Shown here in pieces: positions 29,901-39,769 of a stretch of DNA of 64,000 nt. The DNA is taken from NCBI GenBank assembly GCA_036172245.1, contig JAYWIR010000002.1, positions 1,860,001 to 1,924,000 on the forward strand, in the 5' to 3' direction. The translations under genes were made by a program, and so were the position numbers. The notes under the pieces were generated by a model. The model saw nothing but the letters and a program-made list of their open reading frames with translations. It was not told the DNA's origin and searched no databases. This stretch comes from Raillietiella orientalis. Taxonomy: Eukaryota. The first letter of the stretch is position 1. Each line of letters opens with the position of its first letter.

Positions 29901-32034
29901 TCACCAGTAGCAAACTTTCTTCGGAATTGGCTGCCGTGAAGGCTTCTTCCGGGTTGAGCCTCATCAGTTTTGAGAATGCCAAGATGGAGCTGCAACCCTT
30001 TCAGAGGAAAAATTTCTTCGAGACGTTGTCTTTCCTGTTGCAATCTATCATCAGACATTACCGAGACAACCTGGCCTCGCAAATGGTGAAGATCTTAGCT
30101 GCCACCGACGTCCTTGGAAATCCTTCAGGCTTCATTAATGATCTGTCGAAGGGAGTTTGCAGCCTCATCAATGATCACAACGTGAGCAGTTTGGTCAAGA
30201 ATGTCACGCACGGAGTGGCAAACTCTGCAGCCAAAGTCACAGGTAAAAAAAAAAAGGGGGGGGGGGGTCGTGTTGTGGTTGCCCCTTTTTGTAACCTGCC
30301 TTCCTCCCCTCCACCTAGGGTCTTTGTCGGACGCCATAGGCAGAGTTACCCTGGATGACAAATACGAGAACAGGCGACTGGAGATCCGCCGAGATATGCA
30401 CTCGAGCAGCTTCTCCGAGCACATGAAAGCCGGGCTGAAAGGACTCCAAGTAGGCGTTGTGGAAGGAGCCATCAGCGTCGCCACCCAAAGTTACGTTGGC
30501 GCCACGTCGGGAGGATTCATGGTATTCGACCGAGCGTGTGTTCTTCGTTAAACTGCGCCGCTGCTTCCTGTCAGGGGTTCATATGCGGCCTCGGGAAAGG
30601 GGTGGTAGGAACGGTGGCCAAGCCCACCGTGGGGCTGCTGGATTTGGCCACGAGCACCGCCAGCGCCGTCCGCGAATCCAGTCGAAGTTCCTTGCACCAG
30701 CGTCCTGGAAGGACCCGCCTCCCCAGAGTTCTGCTTGGCCCCGGCGACTTGCTCCCTCGGTACTCGCAGATGGATGCCTACGGACAGAGCCTGCTGTACT
30801 CCCTGAACGGCCGCAACTACGACGAAGTGTAAGCCAACTTCCCGTGTCCCGTTGCGTGCGCCTTTCATATCGTACTTTCCGGCGCTCTTTCCGGCTCCTG
30901 TCGTTTCGCAACGCTTTGTTTGTTCCGTTTCCGGGAGCAAGCAAAGCGGTGCCTACCTTCTGACGGGTGCAACCTGCGCTCCCTTCTTCGTCGCAGCACT
31001 TGCGTTGCCACCGCCGCTCTTTACGTGGCCGTCTTCGCCGGCTGCTTGCGACGCGTCATCCTCTTTCCGGAACCGTCCCCAGACGCGCTTGTTTACGAGT
31101 ACCCGGACTTCCTGCCGTCTTCTGCTCTTGTGATTGATGAGCGGAGGACGTGATGGTTGTTCCGTCTCCGAGGGCAGCAATCGGTGGGGCTCCTTCCGCA
31201 CGGTTTCCCGCCTTTTGAGCCGTCTTTGCGAGCGGTGTGCAGATTCGTTTTTGCAGCCCCTCCGGGAACGTCATTCTTCGAGTTTCCTGGAAAGGCGAGC
31301 CGCAGCGCGCACGTTCAGCTTTTCATCGCCGTCTCTATTCCCGCCTCCGAGACCCGGGTCTCTTTCGCACGCGTGTGTGGCGGAGACAGTCGACGTTGAT
31401 GGCCTTTTTTTCTTCTTCCTTTTTCCCCCTTCTTCGGTGCTTACGGGGACCGTTCTTGCCGGTTGGTTTCGTGCGATTGCTGCTGCCGCTCCTCTCGTGG
31501 CTCGCTCGCGTATCACGGTGGTTTTCCGATGACGGGACCAGCCGTTGTGGTCGCCGTGCATGGTGCCACACGCGCCCACCGCTTGCTCTCCGTCATTATA
31601 AGTCCTTTTTTTTCTTTTTTGGAAAAGTTGTTGGACTCGCTCTTTCCATTTTGGATAGGTTCGTCAGCTATGACATAATTACCGCGAATGTAAAGGTCAT
31701 CATCAGCAGGCAGAAACTTCGGTTGCTGATCGAAAACGAGCCTCAGTTATGCATCAGTTACGACAGATTGAAGTGCTGTTCGCTGGTTCGACAACCCGCA
31801 TCTCCTCATACCCCGGCAAAGAATTGCTTGAGGCTGATCCTGAAGGACGGAACCGTAGCCGTAGAAATTGAGGATGTCACGGAGATCATCATGAGAAAGG
31901 TTGGTTACGGAAATGCCTGACTCGGTTGCTCACAGTTTCCTCTGCTCCAGCTTACGCAGGAGCTCAACCTCGCCTTAGCTTTGTACAACGAGATGAGCCA
32001 TACCTTGGATGATGACCAAGATGTGAACAGCTGA
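282..32034 (+). CDS. VPS13D: VPS13D bridge-like lipid transfer protein, 3' portion (37 exons; 5' end outside the window)
   Basis: 37 exons with GT-AG boundaries join in one frame (9068 nt = 2 + 3x3022) ending at TGA 32032-32034. VPS13D-type motifs: NQETVVEIIGF, YGNPDSNLKRECDV, VPEISVHGTISAIHC...NFGEP, UBA domain, DYYNRLQAGWEPLVEPW, VAB repeats (ITLEGSARKLITIRS; WLINKTSLPLIFRQ; PPPFRIDNFSEVP), ricin-like QLWRMT/QSWKFT, DVLGNPSGFINDL, GKGVVGTVAKPTVGLLD. Confidence 0.95.
599..700 (+). CDS. VPS13D: VPS13D exon 2
   Basis: ttcag| ANQETVVEIIGFVQH... |gtatga. Confidence 0.85.
825..1013 (+). CDS. VPS13D: VPS13D exon 3
   Basis: tgcag| DDLNAV...FDFNRLNLTLLR... |gtaagc. Confidence 0.8.
1060..3010 (+). 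CDS. VPS13D: VPS13D exon 4 (large)
   Basis: Core of ORF 990..3044; RBG-type motifs EIDLDTPVIVLP..LVAHLG, LSTSCPD, LPSTPPPTP; tttag| ... |gtattt. Confidence 0.93.
4867..5038 (+). CDS. VPS13D: VPS13D exon 5
   Basis: ctccag| YGNPDSNLKRECDVKFKCCMSAVHYVYT |gtaagg. Confidence 0.9.
5140..5368 (+). CDS. VPS13D: VPS13D exon 6
   Basis: ttctag| RILVDIEADSPIIIIP...NLGHL |gtgagc. Confidence 0.88.
5766..5984 (+). CDS. VPS13D: VPS13D exon 7
   Basis: cgtag| LLDRTVIQLQEMDLY...LEMKRNLD |gtatga. Confidence 0.88.
8039..8193 (+). CDS. VPS13D: VPS13D exon 8
   Basis: tttcag| VPEISVHGTISAIHCTVD...NFGEP |gtacct. Confidence 0.88.
9310..9550 (+). CDS. VPS13D: VPS13D exon 9
   Basis: tttcag| ...LASVHFIKSYL...LLDNRF |gtatgc. 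Confidence 0.85.
9600..9821 (+). CDS. VPS13D: VPS13D exon 10
   Basis: ctgtag| NVFPIILQP...ILNAMKLVCVCDWW |gtgagg. Confidence 0.88.
11030..11370 (-). mobile_element. Decayed L2-like LINE relic in a VPS13D intron
   Basis: SKMDYSNSL resembles the SRLDYCNSL motif; the rest is very degenerate. Confidence 0.25.
12306..12499 (+). CDS. VPS13D: VPS13D exon 11
   Basis: cttcag| GIVTKR...TNALILK |gtaggt. Confidence 0.85.
12623..12844 (+). CDS. VPS13D: VPS13D exon 12
   Basis: ttgcag| LEVFSC...TSLSIIDPV |gtaatg. Confidence 0.88.
13747..13894 (+). CDS. VPS13D: VPS13D exon 13
   Basis: tttcag| LNIRFSYYDM...LPKQ |gtaatc. Confidence 0.88.
13948..14129 (+). CDS. VPS13D: VPS13D exon 14, UBA domain
   Basis: VQKLAALGYEQEACVQALRKCQGNIEEAALWL matches the UBA consensus, characteristic of the VPS13D paralog. 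Confidence 0.92.
14712..14908 (+). CDS. VPS13D: VPS13D exon 15
   Basis: FIDDCKDVDVPLMEL...DYYNRLQAGWEPLVEPW |gtacgc. Confidence 0.92.
14954..15109 (+). CDS. VPS13D: VPS13D exon 16
   Basis: aatcag| ...LNINLTDTFLKLY |gtattt. Confidence 0.8.
15176..15277 (+). CDS. VPS13D: VPS13D exon 17
   Basis: ttcaag| PFVPYTLKNETG |gtatgt. Confidence 0.8.
15327..15582 (+). CDS. VPS13D: VPS13D exon 18
   Basis: ccgtag| HQILVQIEGW...PVDKVGTYF |gtaagt. Confidence 0.88.
16690..16890 (+). mobile_element. Decayed non-LTR RT thumb-region relic
   Basis: FGGVGFDPL*...KSKWGL and KFERVQNAGMR resemble the YLGV.FD..L / KWG / LERVQN motifs. Confidence 0.25.
17095..17160 (+). mobile_element. tRNA-derived SINE head relic (pol III B box)
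   Basis: GGTTCGAATCC at 17144-17154 with a degenerate A-box-like ggccgggtg about 40 nt upstream; no intact cloverleaf. Confidence 0.3.
19579..19723 (+). CDS. VPS13D: VPS13D exon 19
   Basis: tagcag acceptor; IVFVITLEGSARKLITIRS |gtatcc. Confidence 0.88.
19775..19991 (+). CDS. VPS13D: VPS13D exon 20
   Basis: tagcag acceptor; YSLPLDY... |gtaagt. Confidence 0.8.
20045..20234 (+). CDS. VPS13D: VPS13D exon 21
   Basis: catcag| HVVILPYVTLMNLLPYDI |gtcgag. Confidence 0.85.
23059..23235 (+). CDS. VPS13D: VPS13D exon 22
   Basis: ttttag| ...LQILDCYRRSVDL |gtgagt. Confidence 0.85.
23345..23572 (+). CDS. VPS13D: VPS13D exon 23
   Basis: ISAPVWLINKTSLPLIFRQ...AGQVEENEAARSLQPLLFS. Confidence 0.92.
23637..23858 (+). 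CDS. VPS13D: VPS13D exon 24
   Basis: WSKPFSLE...TRMVTFSPRYYLVNRS |gtaagt. Confidence 0.92.
23992..24158 (+). CDS. VPS13D: VPS13D exon 25
   Basis: PFHWP...LCLRL...WTGGFQIN |gtatgt. Confidence 0.9.
24214..24358 (+). CDS. VPS13D: VPS13D exon 26
   Basis: PPPFRIDNFSEVPIVFHQ |gtacca. Confidence 0.92.
24461..24669 (+). CDS. VPS13D: VPS13D exon 27
   Basis: YAYDLP...LTYENFFF |gtagga. Confidence 0.88.
24722..24938 (+). CDS. VPS13D: VPS13D exon 28 (ricin-B-lectin-like region)
   Basis: LVFDV...KEAGRREQLWRMTGDGYIQNEG |gtgagc; AAG acceptor. Confidence 0.85.
26731..26905 (+). CDS. VPS13D: VPS13D exon 29 (ricin-B-lectin-like region)
   Basis: VLDIA...RTSTQSWKFTEDQRLVC |gtaagc. Confidence 0.88.
26960..27132 (+). 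CDS. VPS13D: VPS13D exon 30
   Basis: GSGFLAVNVHSDGPTRVLEIRD |gtgaga. Confidence 0.9.
27194..27523 (+). CDS. VPS13D: VPS13D exon 31
   Basis: LGLSLVSR...QELCY...VANQ |gtatcg. Confidence 0.9.
28839..29045 (+). CDS. VPS13D: VPS13D exon 32
   Basis: VEEELLFKLFVFF...YFDIFEL |gtgagt. Confidence 0.9.
29885..30242 (+). CDS. VPS13D: VPS13D exon 33
   Basis: VRLSVITSSKL...DVLGNPSGFINDL...NVTHGVANSAAKVT |gtaaaa. Confidence 0.93.
30319..30521 (+). CDS. VPS13D: VPS13D exon 34
   Basis: SLSDAIGRVTLD...EHMKAGLKGL |gtattc. Confidence 0.9.
30575..30828 (+). CDS. VPS13D: VPS13D exon 35
   Basis: GLGKGVVGTVAKPTVGLLDLA...RTRLPR..LLPRYS |gtaagc. Confidence 0.93.
31659..31899 (+). CDS. VPS13D: VPS13D exon 36 (PH-like C-terminus)
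   Basis: ggatag| phase-compatible with exon 35; FVSYDII... |gttggt. Confidence 0.75.
31951..32034 (+). CDS. VPS13D: VPS13D terminal exon 37
   Basis: ctccag| LTQELNLALALYNEMSHTL...NS*. Confidence 0.75.
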   Translation, partial: LTQELNLALALYNEMSHTLDDDQDVNS

Positions 32035-33422
32035 TGCCAGCCAGCATCTTGTGTGGGGCTGCACAAGCTCAGCGGCATTTCGCGTTTTGTGCCCGGTGGT
32101 CACCACAGTCTCCTCGGCTCATTTGTTGCCACGACTGTAGTTTCATGACCAGTTTGCTCTCCTGAAGGACTGTGACGGCCAGGAATCGGTTCCGTAGAGT
32201 TTTTTTAGAATAGCCTCTGCGTCGTAGACAAATCTCCATATGGTCTCCCTCCTTCTCGCCCTTCCTTGTTTATCGGAGAGGAGGGAAAATGTGATGGGCG
32301 GTAAACGGAAGCATCTTCCTAGTGATTTCGGATGTGGTGGAGAGCACGAGGTGTCAAGTCCGTACAAAGCAAAAAAGGCCGCAGAATAAACAGCAAAGAG
32401 ACCCAGCTGGAGATTTCGGATTTTTTTTCTCTCCTTTTTTTTTTTTTTTTTTTTTTTGACTGCAAAAAGAAGCGTGTAGCGTGTTGCACCCGTCTGTTGT
32501 TCGATCGTTTCAGCTCCTCGTCGGTGCTGCCAGCGACAGAAGCCCTTCAGCCTTACACACATCGTCAGGATGCAAAAATGTTGGCAGAGATGGCGATTTT
32601 GCAGCTCCGCGCCTTGCCCTGAGGGTGTCGAAAATGTCCCCTTGCTCACCGTGTCCCGCGATTCTTGCAAAAGCAATCCCTTGATCACGGGAGTAAAGAC
32701 TCGATTGATCTGGTCAACAGGAAAGGAAATCGGCAAGCGGAAAGCTAGTAGAACGGAAATCTTTGTAGCGAAGTGGTCCGGAATTCGAAGGGTTCCTGCG
32801 AATTCTCCTATGCGAGAGTATCCCGAAAATTCCGTCTGAACAGGGAATCTCCGAGACTGTGGTCTCCCGAGCACATCCTGTAGCCGCAAATGTGCTCTTG
32901 GGCGTACGGGACTTCTCAGCTCTCTTCCTTTCCTACTCGCGTGGGTGGACCAAAGGGTGGATAATTTCAAATGCTAAAACATCCCGCAGTAAAACCTTCT
33001 CCAGGAAATGGATCGGTAGACGTTTCACCGGGCTCAACACGCTCTTGAGGAGCCTTCGGAAGACGCAATCCGCCCTCCGTGAAATATTGAAATCCGACCT
33101 CCAAATGCGGTTCCCGGGAACTGGAAAAGGGAAACATGGCGAACCACACTGAGGCTATTCAGACCCTCAGAAAAGTTGGCGGCATTGAAGACGAGCTTCA
33201 CTGACATAGCGCGCCAGCAGGAATGAGTTCGCCCATCCCCCTCACCCCTCTCTCTCGAGCCTAGTGATCACCGGGCTTGCAGTCGAAACTCCTCCTTCCG
33301 ACCATGTCGTGGGAGTCAGCTCTTTGAAAACACCACAATTCCCTCTGCGTGCGCTATTTTTCGCATGCAAGGATCTCCACCGTTGGGCGAACCGGTGGTG
33401 CCGTTTCACTGCGGTGAAGTCG

Positions 33423-33815
33423 TTCTCGATTTCCACCCGGGTGCGCCGGGGCCTTTATTTCAAAAACAAACATATTACAAGAACTGTGGTGCCTGGAGCC
33501 TCCGGGAGTTCCCAGGGACGCGGAAAAGCGTTCTCAGAGGGGCCAAAGGGCAACACAGTCCACACCAACAGGTGGGGGGGAGGGGGATTCACGTTCCCTG
33601 CACCTGACACAGTGAGGGTCCACACACATCCGCGTCCAGTGGTGCTTTCACTGCTTTCACTTCAAGGAAAGGGTGCGAATGTCCATGAGCACCGGGGACC
33701 ACTTCAGGTGTTCCGGTGGAACATCCAGCGGCTCACCCCAGAGAAATTCTCGATTTTCATCCGGATGCGCCGGGGCATTTATTTTGCAACAAACTTACTA
33801 CAAAAAAATTTGTGG
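33423..33815. repeat. Diverged direct repeat pair (about 70-nt core, about 324 nt apart)
   Basis: ttctcgatttccacccgggtgcgccggggcctttattt (33423) vs ttctcgattttcatccggatgcgccggggcatttattt (33747), both followed by aacaaac.ta.tacaa...tgtggt. Confidence 0.75.
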
Positions 33816-36800
33816 TTGGACCAGTAGTCCAACCACGCCCAATTTCAAAGAGACCTGCCGGGTCGCCGGTGCGCACACGGGCGCGGTCCACCACGGCAGC
33901 AGAGAGGAGGGGGGAAACAAAAAGAAAAACCAGAGAACAAAGATAAAAAAAAAATAAATACACTTTGAGGGGTTCGAGAAGGGATCACTGTCCGGTGAAG
34001 TCATTCTCGAAGGTAGACTGGACCGCCCAACCCGGAGTACGGAAACAAACTGGAAGTGACCTTCAGATCCCGGCATCCCTCCGGAAAAGCGGCAATCGTT
34101 TTGCGAGTTCCGCTTTTCTTCCTGAAACAGCTTTGTCCGCGAAGCACTCTCCCGGAAACGGGACGTGCGACCACATACGCGTGCCTGACTGTTGCGGTAG
34201 TCGGTGATGGGGAGGACAGAAGCGTTCATGAACTGGTGCAAAGGCACCGCATGGTGTTTTCTTGGATGGAGACCCTTGGCTCACGGAAGAACGACCTTCT
34301 ATTAGACAAGGAAGCTTGGCGCAAGTGGTGCACTTGCCGGGAAGGAAAGGGTGGGATGAAGATCCAGGGTCTGCCATCCCCCCTTCTTCCTTCCCCGCGG
34401 GAAGAGCAGAACCCTCAGGAGCGCAGAAAGGGGGCGAACAAGGGGGAGGATAGAGGGAGAAGTGGAACAGACCGCTGAAAGGGCATATTGGAAGCAAGGA
34501 AAGTGTGATCCACGAAGACTAGGGAAAAGGAAGGAAGAGGGTTTCTCCCGACTTCAGGAAAACTCCTCTGGCACCTAGAAAAAAATAGGAATGACTAGCG
34601 TTTCCCCTGGAATTCGGCGGCATCCTTGCCTCATTCTGCCTACCTTTCCACTCCCACTTGGGGGCTCCTCTGTTCCCCTTCGAGAGGGAAGGGCAACGGA
34701 TATGAGGAGTCCTCGATGCCACGGGACTGAAGACTCCCTTCGTGGACAAAGACCTCGATCCTATGTGGGGGCTTTTGGGTGGTGACTTGAGTGGGGGAGG
34801 ATCGGATCTGCTATCAAAGAGCAATGGCGACACTTTCGTTCTCAAGGGACGTGAGCCCATGCTCTTCATGGAAGGCGCGTCCTTCCCCGCGCTCACACCT
34901 TTCCACGAAAGCGCCCACATCCTCTTTCGGGATCATATTCTTCTTCTTCCCAGAAGCCAGTCGTTTCCTGGTTCCTCGTTTCTTCTCCCGAAGCACATTC
35001 TTCCTCGAATACGCGGCCCACCTGGGAGGCGATTGGATCTCGCCGAAGATGGCGGGGTGGGGGGGATGTGCTCCTGGAACTCTGAATGTGCGTGAGTCAA
35101 GTGGATTCCCTCCCGGACGTTTCGTGCGAGCGACGGCTCGCCCTTCACCATGGGCGTTCGCTAATGCGGAACCAAGGAGCGTCGATGAAGTCCTCCTGCA
35201 GCACTTTCGAGCGGATTCCAAGGGTTGCATCTCGGCCAACTCAGGGAAACCAAGCATGGAGGTTTTGTTGCTTGGTCAAGTGGCAGGAATCACGGTCGGG
35301 TGAGGAAAGAGGTGGTCACGAGACGGGGGATCCATAACGTCGGGCATCCGTTCCTCTCAACCGCAAGATGAACCCAACCTCTGTCTCCTGGGCGTTTAGA
35401 GAGCGCGAAGCGCATTACAACGCGGCTGCGTGCAGCGGCCTGCGTTGCCGTTGTGCGGAAGAGATGCTGCTGACCATGGAAGCGAGCGGAGGCAACCGAC
35501 AGAGGAGGTGCGGGAGGAAAGAAAACCGAAAAGAAGAGGAACGGCTTCTTAAAGTTTTCCGAGGAATCTTCTCTTACTGAATGGGATCTGGACCCCTGTT
35601 AGGTAACCAGACCAAGCATCTGAAGCAAGAAGGTTGGTTCTGCTCCTTCCTCACGGAATGGCGATTAAGGAATCTGGGACCGTAACTCATCGCCTCTCTC
35701 CAAGGCAAACGCAGAGCGGCATTCGGATGATGAGCTGCCTTCCTTCCGAGATCACTCAAGGTCTCGCCCGTCTTTGCGCAACAACCAAGACGGATCAAGC
35801 GCCATCGCCCTCCCTCGTTCCCTCCCAAAAGAATCCGCTTTCGTTCTCCTTCACTGGTACTTTCCAGCCAAGCTGTAGCGGAAGAGGAAGAGGGAACCGT
35901 GACGCCCACCCTTGCAGACAGACCTCGGATCCTCCATTCCCAGTGGCAGCAGATGCCTTCTGAAGGAACTCCCTTGGAGCTTTTCGCTTCATCTCGCGAA
36001 AGCACACCCAAAGTGTCGTGGCGTCCAAGCATCATGGGAAGGAAGGCAGAGGGCACGCAAGCAGCTTTGCTTCGATCGCAAGAACTCCTCCGAGAGCGTG
36101 AACGACGCGTCCAAGCTCAGCAGGGTGTCGACGAAAAGAGTAGCACGTTTGATATTCCAAGTAGTGAGATCCACAGAGCAGTTGGGCATATCCGGCGGCA
36201 TCTCGTTCCAGAATGAAGTCGACGTTTTTTTGCTAGATGGAACATACTTCATCTCAGAAGCAAAGGGAGGATTGAGGAGGATTATTTTTATGAGCTCCAT
36301 TTTGAAATGTTTTGCACAAAAGGTCAGCCGTCCGCTCCTTGGCTTAAAAAGAGTGGTCGGCCTGACCAGTGTGGGTTCTTCTTCCTCGCGCTGCTGCATG
36401 CCGACGTACCACTTGCTGTAATCGGAAGTGCTGAGCGTGCAGCAAGGACGCTCAATACTCCGCCACAAGTGCACCGGTGCACAGGGTGAAGACACCGAGA
36501 AGATTCCAGAATCCTTCGCCTGAGCAAAAGAAGGGATTTCATGGAGATGCTTCCTTCCTCGTTAGCACCCACCGACCTATGCGCAATCCCTCAGCTTCGC
36601 CAAATCCAAGATGGACGCCCGACGCAACGTTGCCGCCAGGTGCGATTCCTTTTTTCAGCCGTGGGTAGATGTCACTGCTCGCTCGTCTCCCGCAACCTTC
36701 GGACTGTGCAAAGCGAAAGTAATTCCGAATTAGATCCCAGAGAACTTGAGTTATCAGGTTTCACAGCTGCACGGTAGCGCGGAGCATCCCGGTGATCCCA

Positions 36801-39769
36801 TGTTTGGTACATTCCCGTGATCATCAGGATCCTAACAGAGCCGTGAACTTGTGGGAGGGAGGGGAGGTTTGTTTGTTTTTTCCTCTTCTTCTTCTTCTTC
36901 TTCCTAGAGATTCTCGCTGTGGTCGTTGTCCAAGTAGCAGCGAAGAGGTCCGATGGCAGCCGTTGGATGCGCGCACGTGGTGGGCGCTCGCGCGCGGAGG
37001 TGATGCAGTTTGGCACGTCGGGTGCGCCCTCAGAAAGTGCTCGCTGGCAGCGTGTTCGTGTTTTCCCGCCGGTGATTCTTCGTCGCCATCGCTGCTCGTT
37101 CGCGCGATTCATAGCCGATAAGATTTCGCCGAGACCGCGTGGTTTGATTGCAGATCGGAAGAATCAAAGCGGGCAAGGAATACCCCGCGCCCCGCGTTAG
37201 CGTCCTCAGAAAGAGTTATTGATTTCGGAGAGGGTCTGCTCGCTGTGCAGATCAAATCGCTGATTCCGTTGAAACGGAGTCGGGAGAGGAGAGGAAAAAA
37301 AAGACCTCAGATGCTCGAGTGGAGCTCGCTGAAAGGACCCGAGACGGGCGGGTTTGTCAGGCGAATCTTTTCGTCGGAAAGAAGGGGGAAAAAAAAATAA
37401 AAAAGTAAAAATAAAAGGACGTGACAAAAAAAAAAAAAACGACAAATAAATCGGCGGAAAAGGAGGAGCAAAGAGAAAGACGTCCGGGGGAAAATGCAGA
37501 ACGAACTTTCAGCACGCAACAACCTTCGCAGATGAACTCTTGCTGCCTAGGAAATTCTCTTGTTTCACCGAATGTACCACGGCTTGCTACCGCAAAGGCG
37601 GCTGGCGTTGATGCCTGTTGATATGTGCGCATGGTAAATCATCACCACGCAAGCAAGAAAAAAGAAAAAAAAGGAAGAAATTAAGCCAAGCAAACTTCCT
37701 CTTCCTTTTTTTCCTCCTTTTCCTTGTTCTTGTGCTCTCCGCTGCGATAAATTTGGAGCGGGTGCCATTGAAGTATTGCCAACCATGGGCTTCATAGCAG
37801 CAGCTCTCTGGTTTCGATCTCGATATGACTTAACAAATCCAGAGGCGGGGAAATGACGTTTCCAAGAGGCAGTCCCCTAACCGTTGCTCCTAATCCCCGA
37901 CTGCTCTCCTGGATCCACTCGAGTCCTTAGCCCCCTGCGTTGGGATCCCCCTTCCTTTACTTTTCTGGGAATCCTGATTTCACTTTCAAGGAACCGCTTG
38001 GGGAAACCGTTGCGGCGAGGGAAGGAGGGGAGATGCGGCCCAGGCAACAGAAACAAAAAAGCTCTCCAAAGTATCCGTCCGCTGCTTGCCAGCCAGGATG
38101 AATCGGAAACCGCCATGGAATCACCGAGTGATGTTCCTTCACTCCCAAAGCTCTCCCGTTTCCACTGGGGAGAGTCGGGAAGAGAGGGGCGACACGAGAA
38201 CCAAAGGCGGCGTTTCACGTGCAGGGTCACCGTCTGCGAGTCTCGTCGAGCTGCGCTTTCATGCGGCAATCATTCTCCTTCTCCGCTCAGAGAAAGAAGG
38301 GGAAAAAAACCTCGCCCGCTTTTGCTTGATTTGGGGTGAGCTCACCCTGCGGGAGGCACACCAGGAGAATAACCTCAAGATGATCTCCCTCCTCTGATCT
38401 CCGCTTTTTCCGACGACTCGTGCTCTCCCGGCTTACCGCGGAGCACACTCCGAGTCGCCGTCCAGAGAGCCACTCACCTATTCTCCCTGATAGTAATAAC
38501 TCTTGCTACATTGTTTTAACTTTGGAAGCGGGAGAGGGAAAACAGGATGGCAGCCTCCTCGAGACAAACGGAAATCCCGACCCGTTAGGACAGAGTCCAT
38601 GCGAAACAGCCATGTACGGAAACATGGTCATGCGGTAATGGAAAGACTCAGAAGGGAATTGTTCCCAGCATCTCTGGAGAAGAGTGGAGGAGCCCTCGAG
38701 CACGGCTTATTTTTGTTTATTTTCCTGTGGACTAGTTTTCAGGTGAACAGAAAGGAGGGGAGCGAATGTTCAAGAGGAACTCGATCCGAGATCACTCGGA
38801 GCTGTTCCCGCAACTCTCGAGCACGGCTCGATTAAAAAATCCGAAAGTGACAAGTTTTTTTTTTTTTTTTTTTTGGAGGGGGGGAGGGAGGGGGAAAGCG
38901 TTCCCTGGCGCAGCACTTGCTAGTGTTAGGTTCGAGTTGCACTTTTTTCCCCCCTGTTCCCAGGAATAGGGAAAATTCCGCTCTTGCAGTAGCGTAATGT
39001 GCATCGCTTTCGGATGCTCTCATTTTTTTTTTTTCTCTCTCTTTCACTGAGCAGCACCTTTGCAATCTATTTCGAATAGAGACAGTGCCTAAAAATAAAG
39101 AAAGGTACTCACAGAAATGGAATCGATCACCACCAGAAGGAATGCTATTTCTCTCCCACTAGAAAAAAAAACCGATGGAACTACGTGATTTACCGGTAAA
39201 GGAAAGCACAGAATTCGAAAACGCATCCTACCATCCTTGCAAAAACGCTTGTCGGATCAAAGCGCTCCTCAACAATGCTTAGACTTTCATTCGTTACCAA
39301 ATCTTCAGGAAATTAAAAACAGCAAGCCAAATCGAAATTTCGGCTTAAATGCAACCGAGCTTGGTTTACAAACGAGAAGCTGTGAAATAAATTCCTGAAT
39401 GCGCTTTTTGCAATTAAAAAGTTACAAATCTGTTCTTCAGTAAGTTGTTATCAGTCAGAGAGAAAACCTTTCCCCCCTCATGGCGTTTGCAAATGTTATT
39501 AATAGGACAGGTGAGCACTACGTTTTATTGAACATGGTAAAGTTACCATGTATAGTGTATCGCTTTTGTGGAAATAGAGCCGCACTCAACATCGACGTAT
39601 TTATCTCTCACACACCAGTTCGAAAAAGCTAGAATCCAGTTCATGCTCAAAGACCAGCATGTGAATGAAGCTGGAGAGCGATCAGCTTTATCTGAAGGTT
39701 ATTTTGCGTGTTTTAGTGAATAAGGAACTGCCACTGATCGTTACGCATCTGCTTGTGAGAAGTTTCAAG

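Noticed and set aside
36753-36826. Minus-strand TGATGA...CTGA spaced about 73 nt (snoRNA-like)
   Set aside because: Non-purine before box C, mis-spaced terminal stem, no rRNA complement I could recognise.
35578-36840. Several minus-strand splice-site-like boundaries and ORF 35989..36495
   Set aside because: Could not be chained into a consistent open frame; may be LINE debris or chance.
39480-39697. Plus-strand two-exon model MAFANVINRT/EPHSTSTY...
   Set aside because: Phase-compatible, but no promoter, no downstream continuation and no recognisable homology.
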